A stretch of DNA of 63,666 nucleotides, the filler included, from Octopus bimaculoides (lineage: Eukaryota): assembly GCF_001194135.2 (NCBI RefSeq). It is 8 parts of 7 records of this genome, joined end to end, with 100 filler letters (N's around TTAATTAATTAA, not from the genome) between each part and the next. Parts side by side here need not be neighbours in the genome. Positions count along the whole stretch, not along the records: positions 1 to 23,588 come from NC_068991.1; positions 23,689 to 32,384 come from NC_068982.1; 6 more parts are not named here. One strand, written 5' to 3'. Shown here piece by piece: positions 13,746 to 26,559 of the stretch (position 1 is the stretch's first letter; each line of letters begins with the position of its first letter). The notes beneath the pieces are model-generated. The model was not told the origin of the DNA. It ran no database searches and saw only the letters and a list, made by a program, of their open reading frames with translations. Position numbers and translations under genes: made by a program.

Positions 13746-13817
13746 TCAAAGCTCACGTAGTACGCATGTCTTACTGATGTTCTTCTTGCTGCAAGTGCGC
13801 AGTACGTGAGTTATTGA
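13746..13817. ncRNA. Pre-miRNA-like hairpin (unverified)
   Basis: TCAAAGCTCACGTAGTACGCAT pairs with GTGCGCAGTACGTGAGTTATTGA (~22-bp imperfect stem, 27-nt loop) in non-repetitive sequence. Confidence 0.3.
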
Positions 13818-13964
13818 ATGTTAGCTAAATTCTTTTCACCGTTATTCCCACACAATCAGCACACTCCATTGATCTTTACGGGAATCATAAGTAGTTTTGT
13901 CAATATATTTCTTCGTAAGCTTCGAAGTTCATTTATAGTTTATGCTGTTAATGTACGAGACACG

Positions 13965-14165
13965 GAAGCGGTGAGCTGGCAGAATCGTAAGTACAACGGA
14001 CGAAATGTTTAGCGGCACTTCATCCTTCATCCGTCAGAAAGTGCTGAGTTGAAAATCTGCCGAGGCCGACTTTGCCTTTCAACCTTTCGAGGGGCTGATG
14101 TGATCGACTTACCCCTTCCTCCAAATTTGTGGGCTTTGTGCCAAAATTTGAAATCATTATTAACA
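13965..14165 (+). mobile_element. SINE family B
   Basis: GCGGTGAGCTGGCAGAATCGTAAG...GCCGAGGCCGACTTTGCCTTTC...TTTGTGCCAAAATTTGAAATCATTATT. Confidence 0.85.
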
Positions 14166-15034
14166 CTACCAACAGCAAATCAGCGCCACCAGAATTAACT
14201 TTGTCAGCTTCACTAATAATAGCAACAATAGCAACTGTCCAAACAATTGTTGTCACAATCTTATAACTCCTTTAGCAACACTTCTTTTACGATATATTTA
14301 TACATGTGCCAAAATTTGAAACTAATGTACTAGATGTCGATATCAACCTGCATATACACAGTTTTTCTCATCAGGTACATTTTATTTATTTCTTCTGATG
14401 CCTTCCTCTTGTTCACAATATTTCTGAAACTGTGCTTAATGATCCAGACTACGAACTATCTAGTAAACGTTTGGTAATTCAGCTAAGATAGCACATAAAA
14501 CAATCAAACGATCATAGCGGTCGCAGAACTGTTGAGCAACTAAGTACATTTATAAGAAAAAAATTCTGCAAACAAGCGGACGGGAGAACAACTTCTCGAC
14601 CTACAATAAACAGCAGCTGAATCTCGAGATTATCGTCTTGTAAGAACACATTATATACGGTAAACCTAAATACACCATACTTGAAAATTTGATGCAGTGG
14701 TTACAAATGGAACGCCATTGATCATATTCTTTGATCAAAACTGCAGATTGGAGCTAAACAACCACAAAAGCAAACGTTATGGGGTAAATCGGCCGAGAGA
14801 AAAGATTTCGACTGTAGTATCACATGATGATAGCTCAAATTCGTTTCATATCACCATCGTCAATATTGTTATTGGTGGTTAAACGATAGTGTCGCTAGAG
14901 AGAAATTTTTGTTGTCATTTCTAGCAACTAGAGTGACCAAGTAGAAAAAGGAGGTTGATACTAATATGTCAGAATTTTCTCAGTAACCTGAAACTTTGAA
15001 TTCTTTACTTTCAACCTTTTGTTATATATATATA

Positions 15035-15877
15035 TATAATACAGAATGGGACAAGAACACAAAACATCCAGATAGTTAGGTGGTACAAGAAAGGGACAAA
15101 ACATCCAGATAGACGATACAAAGAAAACACGGTCATGTCATTCAGCGTTTTCTTTCTTCAGTCGAGATCCAGATTATCCTTGCAATTTCGGCTGGTTATT
15201 CTCGATATTGCTCCAATCTGGCCAGCCCCAAGGAAAAACTAAGCTAAGAGCGTTAGATTCCTTGGAATAAAGCAGCGAATGTATACAAAAACAAGGACGG
15301 AAAAAACGAATAATGTTACACAAATACAGTAGGAATAATAACGGGACGTAACAACAGATGTCTTTCGACTAAGGACGAATAAAATTAAGCTGGCATATAT
15401 GGAAATAAGGCCTTACAGCCGGGATACCAGATTTCACAGGCACGGGAAGAAATAAGGACGTTGCACGCACAACAGCCGCCCAAGAAGGGAAGTCAAGCTT
15501 GGCCGAACACCGGTCGCATGGGAAGAGAAGAGAGAGGGGTAGAGGGAGAGATAGTATAGCTTTGCTTGATACCCTTCTCAATTAGGAATTTTAGTGGTGG
15601 TGAAAACAGAGCTATGTCTATTGTACATCCAGAGTTCACATATATACGGTTTGAAATTATATAAGAAAACAAAAAAGCAAATGATTAAGACAAAAACAAG
15701 TTGTATTAATTTGACGCTCAGGAAAATTAGAAGTTATTGACGTTTCGAGCCTTTCTACAGAAGGGAATGAGGAGAGGAAACAGATGGAAAGAAGAAAAAA
15801 ACTGTCTGGATGAATGCATATATGTATGTGTGTGTGTGTGTGTGGATTGATAGATCGAAAGAGAGATCGAAAGATAG

Positions 15878-15908
<31 letters not shown>

Positions 15909-16019
15909 GATAGGTATACATACATAAAATTAAGCAGGCGTATATGGAAATAAGGCCTTACGGCCGGGATACAAGATTTCACAGGCACAGGGAGAAATAA
16001 CGATGTTGCACGCACAACA
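15035..16019. repeat. Penelope-type non-coding repeat with a ~95-bp direct repeat (15379-15474 / 15924-16019)
   Basis: ATAAAATTAAGC(T/A)GGC(A/G)TATATGGAAATAAGGCCTTAC(A/G)GCCGGGATAC...GCACGCACAACA occurs twice. Internal CAAAACATCCAGATAG duplication and degenerate hammerhead-like words (GACGTTTCGAGC). The Penelope assignment is inference. Confidence 0.55.
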
Positions 16020-16039
16020 CACACACACATATACATACA

Positions 16040-16070
<31 letters not shown>

Positions 16071-17346
16071 TAATTCATAAATACAACTTAGCTGAAATAA
16101 GGTTCGTTTAGTATTAGTATCGGCCCTATAGACCGCCTGCTGCCCCATAATGCCGTATTCACAAGCGAAACCACCGTATGACCATCACAACCAATATCAT
16201 CCTTGCCAATAGAACAGTGAATCTCGTCACTGAAACCAATACAACTATATTCCAATATTCCTACTCTTATCAAGGCCTGGGGGTGTACACTGAAACAACC
16301 ATTAAGACACTCAATGTTATTAACGTTACCATTAATATCGCTCAATAATCACCTCATAGATAGCCGTAGAATCCAATGCAAGCAACACTGCTAATACCAC
16401 AATAATCTCCTCCGCCGCCGCAAACATTCTCTGATATCGTTAGCACCACCTCTACCTCAAATATCATTAAAACTGTCACTCCGATTATATTACTGTCAAT
16501 ACTCCTACCATTACAACACTCGACGGCAGCTTTGTCTGACCAAACAATCACAGTCACAGCCATCACAATAATCTTTATAACAATTATACAACAACCACAA
16601 CAACGGCCAGCAAACAACAATCCCGTCGAACAGCTCGACCACAATATCTGCCACTAAGATGGATAACACAAATGTCAACACCAACACGAATAATACCAAT
16701 ATCAGCACCACCACCAACAAGAACAACATCACCAACCTCGACATAATTAGCATGAACTCAAACACCAGCGTCGACAGCAACATTGTAACATTTATAACAG
16801 CAGCATCACCAACAGAAATATTGACATCACCGTAGCGAAGACCAACACGAAGACATCCACCCAAGACCTCAGATATCCACGCCAGTGCTTCCTTAAAAAG
16901 CGTACATTTCTACACATTTTGCAAACAAGTATACGTGGATTTTTTAATAGAAATATTATTACTTTGCTATTGAGCCGACTTTTCAGGAGAATCTCTGGAA
17001 AAATAAAGCATACAAACATACGGCCAGGAATATAAAGAAATAAAGGACCGGAAGAAGGGAAAGTAGAATAAAGAATAAAAGATTGAAGGAAAGAAATAGA
17101 TAAAGAAAGGAAAAGAGGGTGGAAAGAGGTAAAGGGGAGTTTGAGTTATAATAGCAGCAATGACAGCTATAACAGCAGCAAGAGTAAGAAGAACAACATC
17201 AACAAAACCAACTCTGCCAATTCAATCTAGATTAAAGTTATGGCACAGACGAAGCCTTCAATAAATGACTAAAGGTAATATTAGCTTTAGTTGGCAAACG
17301 GAGCTTATATTGTGTGGGGGCGTGCGTGTACCTCAACATATATGTG

Positions 17347-17465
<119 letters not shown>

Positions 17466-17573
17466 CAAAGACAAACAGGCAGACAGATAAATAGTTAGAT
17501 AGATAAATAGATAGATACACACATTTATATATTCACACATATCTATCTAACTATTTATTTGTCTGCCTGTTTG

Positions 17574-17628
<55 letters not shown>

Positions 17629-18203
17629 GTCTGTCTGTCTGTCTGTCTATCTGTGTATTTATCTACATATAGATAGATAGACAGATAAATAGAGAGAGAG
17701 AGAGATACATATACACATACACACACACACACATACACACACACACACACATACACACATACACCCACACACATACACACACACACACACACACACATAT
17801 ACGGGTTTAATTAAGATAAAGTAAGAATTGTCCAATCTGAAACATATATTGGTATATTAGAAATATAAAAATATAGAAATATAAAAATATAGAAATATAA
17901 AGATATATGAATACTAAAAATATGCATGGACATTTACATATATGTATATGTCAACAAAATAATAATAATATAATATAGATAAAATATATTTCAAATTGGA
18001 CTATTCTTATTTTATCCTAATTTAACCCGTATATGTATGTGTTACTCGTAGTCTGCCTGATTTGAACCTTTTCCATTGTATTTATCATATATATATATAT
18101 GTGTGTGTGTGTGTATGTGTGTGTGTACACACGCACATACACATATATATATGTATATATACACATACATATACATACATATATGCATACATAAACATAT
18201 ATG

Positions 18204-18256
<53 letters not shown>

Positions 18257-18422
18257 NNNNNNNNNNNNNNNNNNNNNNNNNNNNNNNNNNNNNNNNNNNN
18301 NNNNNNNNNNNNNNNNNNNNNNNNNNNNNNNNNNNNNNNNNNNNNNNNNNNNNNNNNNNNNNNNNNNNNNNNNNNNNNNNNNNNNNNNNNNNNNNNNNNN
18401 NNNNNNNNNNNNNNNNNNNNNN

Positions 18423-18797
18423 ACTCCGTTGCTTACGACGTCGAAGGTTCCAGTTGATCCGATCAACGGAACAGCCTGCTCGTGAAATTAACGTGCAAGT
18501 GGCTGAGCACTCCACAGACACGTGTACCCTTAACATAGTTCTCGGGGGATATTCAGCGTGACACATTGTGACAAGGCTGACCCTTTGAATTACAAGCACA
18601 ACAGAAAGAGGAAGTAAGAGTGAGAGAAAGTTGTGGTGAAAGAGTACAGCAGGGTTCACCACCATCCCCTGCCGGAGCCTCGTGGAGCTTTAGGTGTTTT
18701 CGCTCAATAAACACTCACAACGCCTGGTCTGGGAATCGAAACCGAGACCCTATGACCGCGAGTCCGCTGCCCTAACCACTGGGACATTGCGCCTCCT
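18423..18797 (-). mobile_element. tRNA-derived SINE family C
   Basis: Minus-strand tRNA head (GTGGTTAGGGCAGCGGACTCGCGGTC..GGTTTCGATTCC). Its 3' domain GTGCTCAGCCACTTGCACGTTAATTTCACGAGCAGGCTGTTCCGTTGATCGGATC is shared with 40590-40885 and 62025-62275. Confidence 0.85.
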
Positions 18798-19321
18798 CCA
18801 ATAACAATAATAGCAATAAAAATAATGATAATAATGACGACGGCGAGAATAACTTAGGCGGCAGCGTCGACGATGACAAAGGTGATGGTAGTAATGAGGA
18901 TATAAGGATGATGACGATGACGATGATGAATACCACGACGATGATAATGATATACTAAGACGAAATGCAAGATGACATGTAAGGATGAAATGTATTAAAA
19001 CGACGTACGGAGAATGAATCATAGAATATACAAATAATGCAGTCATAACATTTATTTGATTTTCTTTTTATTCTTCTCTTATTTCAGTCAGTATGATGTT
19101 GCTTTGGGATTATTGTTGCGACTCATATTATATTTAGTTCCATTTCAGGTATTGAAATTGCATCATATACGCGCATACACAGACAAACACATACACACTA
19201 ACACAAACACATATAATGCGGATGGATATGTGTGTGTGGGTGTGAGTGTTTGTGTATGTGTATTGCATGCATATGTATGTATATATAGGTGTATATATGT
19301 ATTTGGTACATATACTGTTTA

Positions 19322-19515
19322 TCTGTTACTTGTTTCAGTCCTTCGACTACGGCCATGCTGGAGCATCGCTTTGAAAAATTTATAGTCGAATGAATCGATG
19401 CCAGTACTTCCGTTTTAAGTCTGTTGTCTATTCTATCGAAATATTTTGCTAAGCCGCTAAGTTACGAGGACGTAAACACACCAACACCTTTAGCGGGGGA
19501 CAAATACAGGCACAG
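19322..19515 (-). mobile_element. SINE family A, 3' half (runs into gap)
   Basis: CTTGTTTCAGTCCTTCGACTACGGCCATGCTGGAGCATCG...CCGCTAAGTTACGAGGACGTAAACAC. Confidence 0.8.
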
Positions 19516-19535
19516 ACACACATACACATATATAC

Positions 19536-19580
<45 letters not shown>

Positions 19581-20163
19581 NNNNNNNNNNNNNNNNNNNN
19601 NNNNNNNNNNNNNNNNNNNNNNNNNNNNNNNNNNNNNNNNNNNNNNNNNNNNNNNNNNNNNNNNNNNNNNNNNNNNNNNNNNNNNNNNNNNNNNNNNNNN
19701 NNNNNNNNNNNNNNNNNNNNNNNNNNNNNNNNNNNNNNNNNNNNNNNNNNNNNNNNNNNNNNNNNNNNNNNNNNNNNNNNNNNNNNNNNNNNNNNNNNNN
19801 NNNNNNNNNNNNNNNNNNNNNNNNNNNNNNNNNNNNNNNNNNNNNNNNNNNNNNNNNNNNNNNNNNNNNNNNNNNNNNNNNNNNNNNNNNNNNNNNNNNN
19901 NNNNNNNNNNNNNNNNNNNNNNNNNNNNNNNNNNNNNNNNNNNNNNNNNNNNNNNNNNNNNNNNNNNNNNNNNNNNNNNNNNNNNNNNNNNNNNNNNNNN
20001 NNNNNNNNNNNNNNNNNNNNNNNNNNNNNNNNNNNNNNNNNNNNNNNNNNNNNNNNNNNNNNNNNNNNNNNNNNNNNNNNNNNNNNNNNNNNNNNNNNNN
20101 NNNNNNNNNNNNNNNNNNNNNNNNNNNNNNNNNNNNNNNNNNNNNNNNNNNNNNNNNNNNNNN

Positions 20164-20208
<45 letters not shown>

Positions 20209-20274
20209 CACTATGTATATGTATATGTGTATGTATGTGTCTGTGTCTGTGTGTGCTTGTGTGTGCATGTGAGT

Positions 20275-20520
20275 GAGGAGGATGGCTTAGTGGTTTGGGT
20301 GTTTCACTCATAATCGTAATATGGTGGTTTCAATTCCTGGATTGGGTCATGCGCTGCGTTCTTGAGCAAAACACTTCATGTTATGTTGCCCCAATCCACT
20401 TAACCAGCAAAAATGAGTAATCCTGCAAGAGACCGGCTTCTCACCTGCAGGGGAAAAACACAGGCCACAGAAACCGCGAAACCTATGAGTCTATAAGACT
20501 TGGAAAGGATCATTATCCTT
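20275..20520 (+). mobile_element. tRNA-derived SINE (other subfamily)
   Basis: ATGGCTTAGTGGTT (A box)..GGTTTCAATTCC (B box)..GCGTTCTTGAGCAAAACACTT core. Confidence 0.7.
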
Positions 20521-21479
20521 TCATATAAGTGTACATATGTAAGACATACGTACACACACGCACGCACACACACATACGCGCAAATACACACCCACAAGCA
20601 CATACACACACACTCACATTCACACACACACACACACAGACACACACACACACCTACACATACACACATATATATTGTAATTGTTTAAAACTTGGGTATA
20701 CACTATTTAGTGTGTCGACTAAAGCACTCCACTGTATATGGCTATATTTTCCACAGTATTGATATTAATACCATAGGTTCTACCGCAACGACACCTATAG
20801 GCAAATAACTACATGATGTATAATCGAACTCAGAGAAACGGAGCTTTTTGGGCGAGGTACCTTTTGAAACAGTCACGTGACAAGATATATCTTCACCGAA
20901 AGATAAACGCTAACCAGATGTATACTCCGAGGGACCGATGCTAGATAGATCAAAACGATCCTTGTGATTAATAAAGTATCTCGTGAGTCCCATTTTCCTG
21001 TTACCCTCAATTGCTATATATATATATANNNNNNNNNNNNNNNNNNNNNNNNNNNNNNNNNNNNNNNNNNNNNNNNNNNNNNNNNNNNNNNNNNNNNNNN
21101 NNNNNNNNNNNNNNNNNNNNNNNNNNNNNNNNNNNNNNNNNNNNNNNNNNNNNNNNNNNNNNNNNNNNNNNNNNNNNNNNNNNNNNNNNNNNNNNNNNNN
21201 NNNNNNNNNNNNNNNNNNNNNNNNNNNNNNNNNNNNNNNNNNNNNNNNNNNNNNNNNNNNNNNNNNNNNNNNNNNNNNNNNNNNNNNNNNNNNNNNNNNN
21301 NNNNNNNNNNNNNNNNNNNNNNNNNNNNNNNNNNNNNNNNNNNNNNNNNNNNNNNNNNNNNNNNNNNNNNNNNNNNNNNNNNNNNNNNNNNNNNNNNNNN
21401 NNNNNNNNNNNNNNNNNNNNNNNNNNNNNNNNNNNNNNNNNNNNNNNNNNNNNNNNNNNAAATACATATATGTATATAT

Positions 21480-21697
21480 GTTTGTGTATCTGTGTTTGTC
21501 CCCCACCCCACCATCGCTTGACAACCGATCTTGGTGTTTTTACGTCCCCGTAACTAAGCGGTTCAGCAAAAGACACCGATAGAATAAGTACTAGGCTTGC
21601 AAAGAATATGTCTTGGGGACGATTTGTTCGTATAAAGGCGGTGCTCCAGCATGGCCACAGTCAAATGACTGGAACAAATAAAAGAATAAAAAATAAA
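21480..21697 (+). mobile_element. SINE family A, 3' half
   Basis: CCATCGCTTGACAACCGAT...GGCGGTGCTCCAGCATGGCCACAGTCAAATGACTGGAAC. Confidence 0.85.
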
Positions 21698-21700
21698 AGA

Positions 21701-21737
<37 letters not shown>

Positions 21738-21850
21738 TGTGTGTGTATAAACTGGTACGAATTTATATACGTATGCATGTTTCCACAAATCTCTGCACAG
21801 ACAAACGTATGATACCAATGCCACACATATACGTATAGTTCTGTCTCTCC

Positions 21851-21912
<62 letters not shown>

Positions 21913-22637
21913 CTCTCCCCCTCTCTCTCTCTCTCATACACACATGCACACGCACATACACGTGCTGTATCATACACGCACGCATCTCCGTGAAGAACAT
22001 ATGCACACGCCCACTGATGACACAGCTAAATGACATGACATGCATATACATATACAAATTTCTGCACACNNNNNNNNNNGATGACACAGCTAAATGACAT
22101 GACATGCATATACATATACAAATTTCTGCACACACACATACTCTCTCACACACAAACACACATATATATATTTATACACATATATACATGCATGATATGC
22201 ATATATCGCCAGGAACTAATATTTGCTATCACCAAACAAATCGTGTAGCATCTTTTAAAAAAGTAGTGTGACTCGCAAGAAAACAAAGGAGTACAAGCGT
22301 CTCCCACTTCATATGAATAAATATGGCGGAAAGGACGTCAGAATAATCGAACAGTTGACTTCTGCAAACTGAAAGACTTGTGTATTCGCTCATGTGACCG
22401 GATGCTCTTTCTCAAGGCTACAAGTACTCTTACCATGTGACCGGAAACTGTAAGAGGTGCAGCTTTCTTTCTTTCTTTCTTTCTTTCTTATTTTCCTTCT
22501 TTCTTTCTCCTTTGTTTTTTTGTTTTTGATTTCTTTATTTTCTTTTCTGCGATTCTCTTCAGAGATGAGTTTACCGCTGACATTATAACGACAATAATAA
22601 CAATAACGATAGCAATAACAATAATGATAATAATGAA

Positions 22638-22696
<59 letters not shown>

Positions 22697-23721
22697 CAAC
22701 AACAACAATGATAAATAGTGTTGCATTTCGTTTATTTCGTGTAATTTTCTTGATTCTAATGAGTATTGTTATTGCAAGCAATAAATAACATTTCCAGTGA
22801 ACGGATAAACTTTGCGGAGAAATTGAGAATGGATGAGAGATGGGTTGAGTAGAAGTGTGGATCACTTTTGAGGGCAGATTGTGTAGAAGTTTGACAGGAT
22901 ACGTATGGGTGTATTGTGTTAAAGAATGGCTCGATAGGTGAAGTTGAATCGATGGGTGATAAGGCATTTGCCTGGAACCACGGATCAAAGACTGTGATTA
23001 ACTATTTTAGTAGATCAATGGATCAGTGGTTTTCGTTGACGTACCGCGGAGTTGGTGGGTAAAAGTGTTGATCTGAGTTGGAGTGGAAAGTATAAGGTCA
23101 GTGATATAAATGTAAATTGATACAAAGGTACGAAGAGCAGAAGAAGGAGAGGAAAAAAGAAGAGGGTATAGTGAAACTGGCGTCGGTTCGAGTATTGGTA
23201 GTATTGGTTCTTCTTGTTGTTACAGTGGTGGTGGTAGTGATAGTAGTTGTGGTGAGTGTTGGTCTTTGATGGTGGTGATGACGGTGATGACAGGAATGGT
23301 GATGCTGTGGGAGATGAAGAATGTTAGTAATGAGGATGATGGCGAGGGTGGTGTTTGTGGTGTTTATAGTGTTGGTGGTGATGAGGAATAATGATTTTCT
23401 TGATGTAAGATACCAATGCTCAAAGTAACACTGTCATGAGATCGCATTAGAGGCAATTGTGCACATGCAGTAATATATGTTTCTGCTATGATGCTGTTGT
23501 TGTTAGTGATGGTGATGGTGGTGGAGGTTGTGGTGGTGGAGGTTGTGGTGGTGGAGGTTGCGGTGGTGGAGGTTGCGGTGGTGGAGGTNNNNNNNNNNNN
23601 NNNNNNNNNNNNNNNNNNNNNNNNNNNNNNNNTTAATTAATTAANNNNNNNNNNNNNNNNNNNNNNNNNNNNNNNNNNNNNNNNNNNNTATGTGTAATGC
23701 GAAATAATGATAATAATAATG

Positions 23722-23759
<38 letters not shown>

Positions 23760-23762
<3 letters not shown>

Positions 23763-24215
23763 TCTATCTATTATAGGCACAAGGCCTGAAAATTGGAGGA
23801 GGGGGATAGTCGATCACATCGACCCCAGTGTTTCGCTGGTACTTAATATATCAACCCCAAAAGGATGGAAGGCAAAGTCGACCTCGGCGGAATTTAAACT
23901 CAGAACGTAGCGACGGGCGAAATACTGCTATGCATTTCGTCCAGCGTGGTAACGATTCTGCCAGCCCGCCGCCGCCTTAATGATTATAACTACAACGACG
24001 ACGACGGTGACGACGGCGAAAACCCCATGAACATCAATAACAATCCTTTCTATTATAGGTACAAGGTCTGAAATTTTTAGAGGTAGGTGCTAATATATTA
24101 TATCGATTCCAGTGCACAACTGGTATTTATTTTATCATTCCCGAAAGGATGAAAGGCGATGTCAGTCGCAGCAGAATTTGAACTCAGAACGTTAAGATGG
24201 AAGAAATGCTGTTTG
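23760..24215 (-). mobile_element. Two tandem family B SINEs (23760-23980; 24045-24215)
   Basis: Each has the CACAAGG(C/T)CTGAAA tail, GAAAGGATGAAAGGC body and GAATTT(A/G)AACTCAGAACG head in minus orientation. Confidence 0.85.
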
Positions 24216-25426
24216 AGAAGAGTAAGAAGCTCAGAAAACGAAAACTAATTAAAAAAAGTTGAGAGAAGCAATAAAATAAAGAACACACACACACATACAC
24301 ACACACAGAGCAAACGCATATTTATACACTCATACACATACATAAATATACATCCACGCACATGTATATGAGTACGTGCTTATGTTTATAAATATGACGT
24401 TATTTATAAACATTCAGACGCTCGCAGAAAAAACAAACCCATATTTATGTAAATACAAGGTACACACACACACACACACACACGCTTTTGCATATACTTG
24501 TGCATGCGTGTGTGAATGAGTGCAAGTACGAGCTTAAATGTTTATATTGACATTTATATATACATGTATAGGTATGCACATTTTTATCTTTTTCCATTTC
24601 AAAGAATTGCTAAGTAATGAAATTACATGTTTTCTCGAAACACTTTCTCCTAAGTTTTTGATATTTTGAATATAAATTAACTAGTATTTTGTTTTTCTTT
24701 TAATTGCTGATGTGTTCCTTATAGTATGTGGAAAGATGTGACTCAAGGAGGAAAAATGGTAGGAGTAATCAAAATTAACGAATGCTGAGGAGAGACAGCA
24801 GGTAAAGTTAAAGTTCATTAAAAACAAAGGAAGTGATGTTTCCTTTGAAATCCTTTGAAAAACGGGGTGGAAATGTAAACGGAGAAAGAAGCGGCGTCAT
24901 CATATTTACAATATTTATTAAATACAAATATTAGACTTAGTGGAGAATTTTGTTGATGATAAGCACTGACGAAAACATATTTAAATAAATATGAATTATA
25001 TTAGTGCCTTGAGGAAAAGAAACTAAAATAGCAGGCATTTAAAAATATTGGAATAGAGAAAGAAAGAAAATGAAAATGAAGTCTTGTAGGTTCAATGCTT
25101 CATCTTTTACCGCTTACTTGTTTCAGGCATTGAACTGCGGCCGTGCAGGGGCTGGGACAAACAGAAACTCAAAGACAGTACACACGCGCGCGCACACATA
25201 CACGCATACACACACACACATACACATTTAAGATACAGGGAGGGGTAGGTTCTACCAGATCTAAAATTGCTCAAAATATGCCGTATATCCATCCCAACGG
25301 CGCTTTCACAACTCTGGGATTGGTGCAATCGACTTACCCACTTCCCCTAAATAGCCTAAGACCAAGCAAGACTTATCCATATAAAGTAAAATAGAAAAAC
25401 TATATTTGTAAGCATGTATGTATATG

Positions 25427-25467
<41 letters not shown>

Positions 25468-26079
25468 NNNNNNNNNNNNNNNNNNNNNNNNNNNNNNNNN
25501 NNNNNNNNNNNNNNNNNNNNNNNNNNNNNNNNNNNNNNNNNNNNNNNNNNNNNNNNNNNNNNNNNNNNNNNNNNNNNNNNNNNNNNNNNNNNNNNNNNNN
25601 NNNNNNNNNNNNNNNNNNNNNNNNNNNNNNNNNNNNNNNNNNNNNNNNNNNNNNNNNNNNNNNNNNNNNNNNNNNNNNNNNNNNNNNNNNNNNNNNNNNN
25701 NNNNNNNNNNNNNNNNNNNNNNNNNNNNNNNNNNNNNNNNNNNNNNNNNNNNNNNNNNNNNNNNNNNNNNNNNNNNNNNNNNNNNNNNNNNNNNNNNNNN
25801 NNNNNNNNNNNNNNNNNNNNNNNNNNNNNNNNNNNNNNNNNNNNNNNNNNNNNNNNNNNNNNNNNNNNNNNNNNNNNNNNNNNNNNNNNNNNNNNNNNNN
25901 NNNNNNNNNNNNNNNNNNNNNNNNNNNNNNNNNNNNNNNNNNNNNNNNNNNNNNNNNNNNNNNNNNNNNNNNNNNNNNNNNNNNNNNNNNNNNNNNNNNN
26001 NNNNNNNNNNNNNNNNNNNNNNNNNNNNNNNNNNNNNNNNNNNNNNNNNNNNNNNNNNNNNNNNNNNNNNNNNNNNNNG

Positions 26080-26310
26080 TATGTATGGACCGGAGTAAGC
26101 ACATAAATATGAAACAAGGTGGAAAAATGAGTACTCCAGTACCAGAGGTAGAATAATATGCTTTATTTAAAAGCAGCAGAAAATATAACAAAGCTGTTAC
26201 TTAGAGTTTCACGTTCCCGTCCATTGGACAATTTTGTTAACAAAACTGTCCCATGAACGGGAACATGAAACTCTGAGTAATAGCTTTTTTTAAATATTTT
26301 CTGCTGCTTT
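26080..26310. repeat. Repeat containing a 141-bp near-perfect palindrome (26170-26310)
   Basis: AAAGCAGCAGAAAATAT...GAGTTTCACGTTCCCGTCCATTGGACAATTTTGTT|AACAAAACTGTCCCATGAACGGGAACATGAAACTC...ATATTTTCTGCTGCTTT, centred on GTTAAC. Confidence 0.9.
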
Positions 26311-26514
26311 ACTCTCTTTTACTTGTTTCAGTCATCTGACTGTGGCCATGCTGGAGCACCGCCATTAGTCGAGCAAATCGACCCCAGGACTTATTCTTTG
26401 TAAGCCTTTTACTTATTCTATCGGTCTATTTTGCCGAACCGATAGTTTAAGGGGACGTAAACACACCAACATCGGTTGTTAAGCGATGTTGGGGAGACAA
26501 ACACAGACACACAA

Positions 26515-26557
<43 letters not shown>
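26311..26557 (-). mobile_element. SINE family A, 3' half, abutting the CR1 fragment
   Basis: CTTGTTTCAGTCATCTGACTGTGGCCATGCTGGAGCACCGCC...GACAAACACAGACAC(TA)n. Confidence 0.85.

Positions 26558-26559
<2 letters not shown>

Noticed and set aside
24725-24801. Apparent exon between ...CCTTTATAG and CAG|GTAAAG
   Set aside because: Stops occur in all three frames; it could only be non-coding, and there is no other support.
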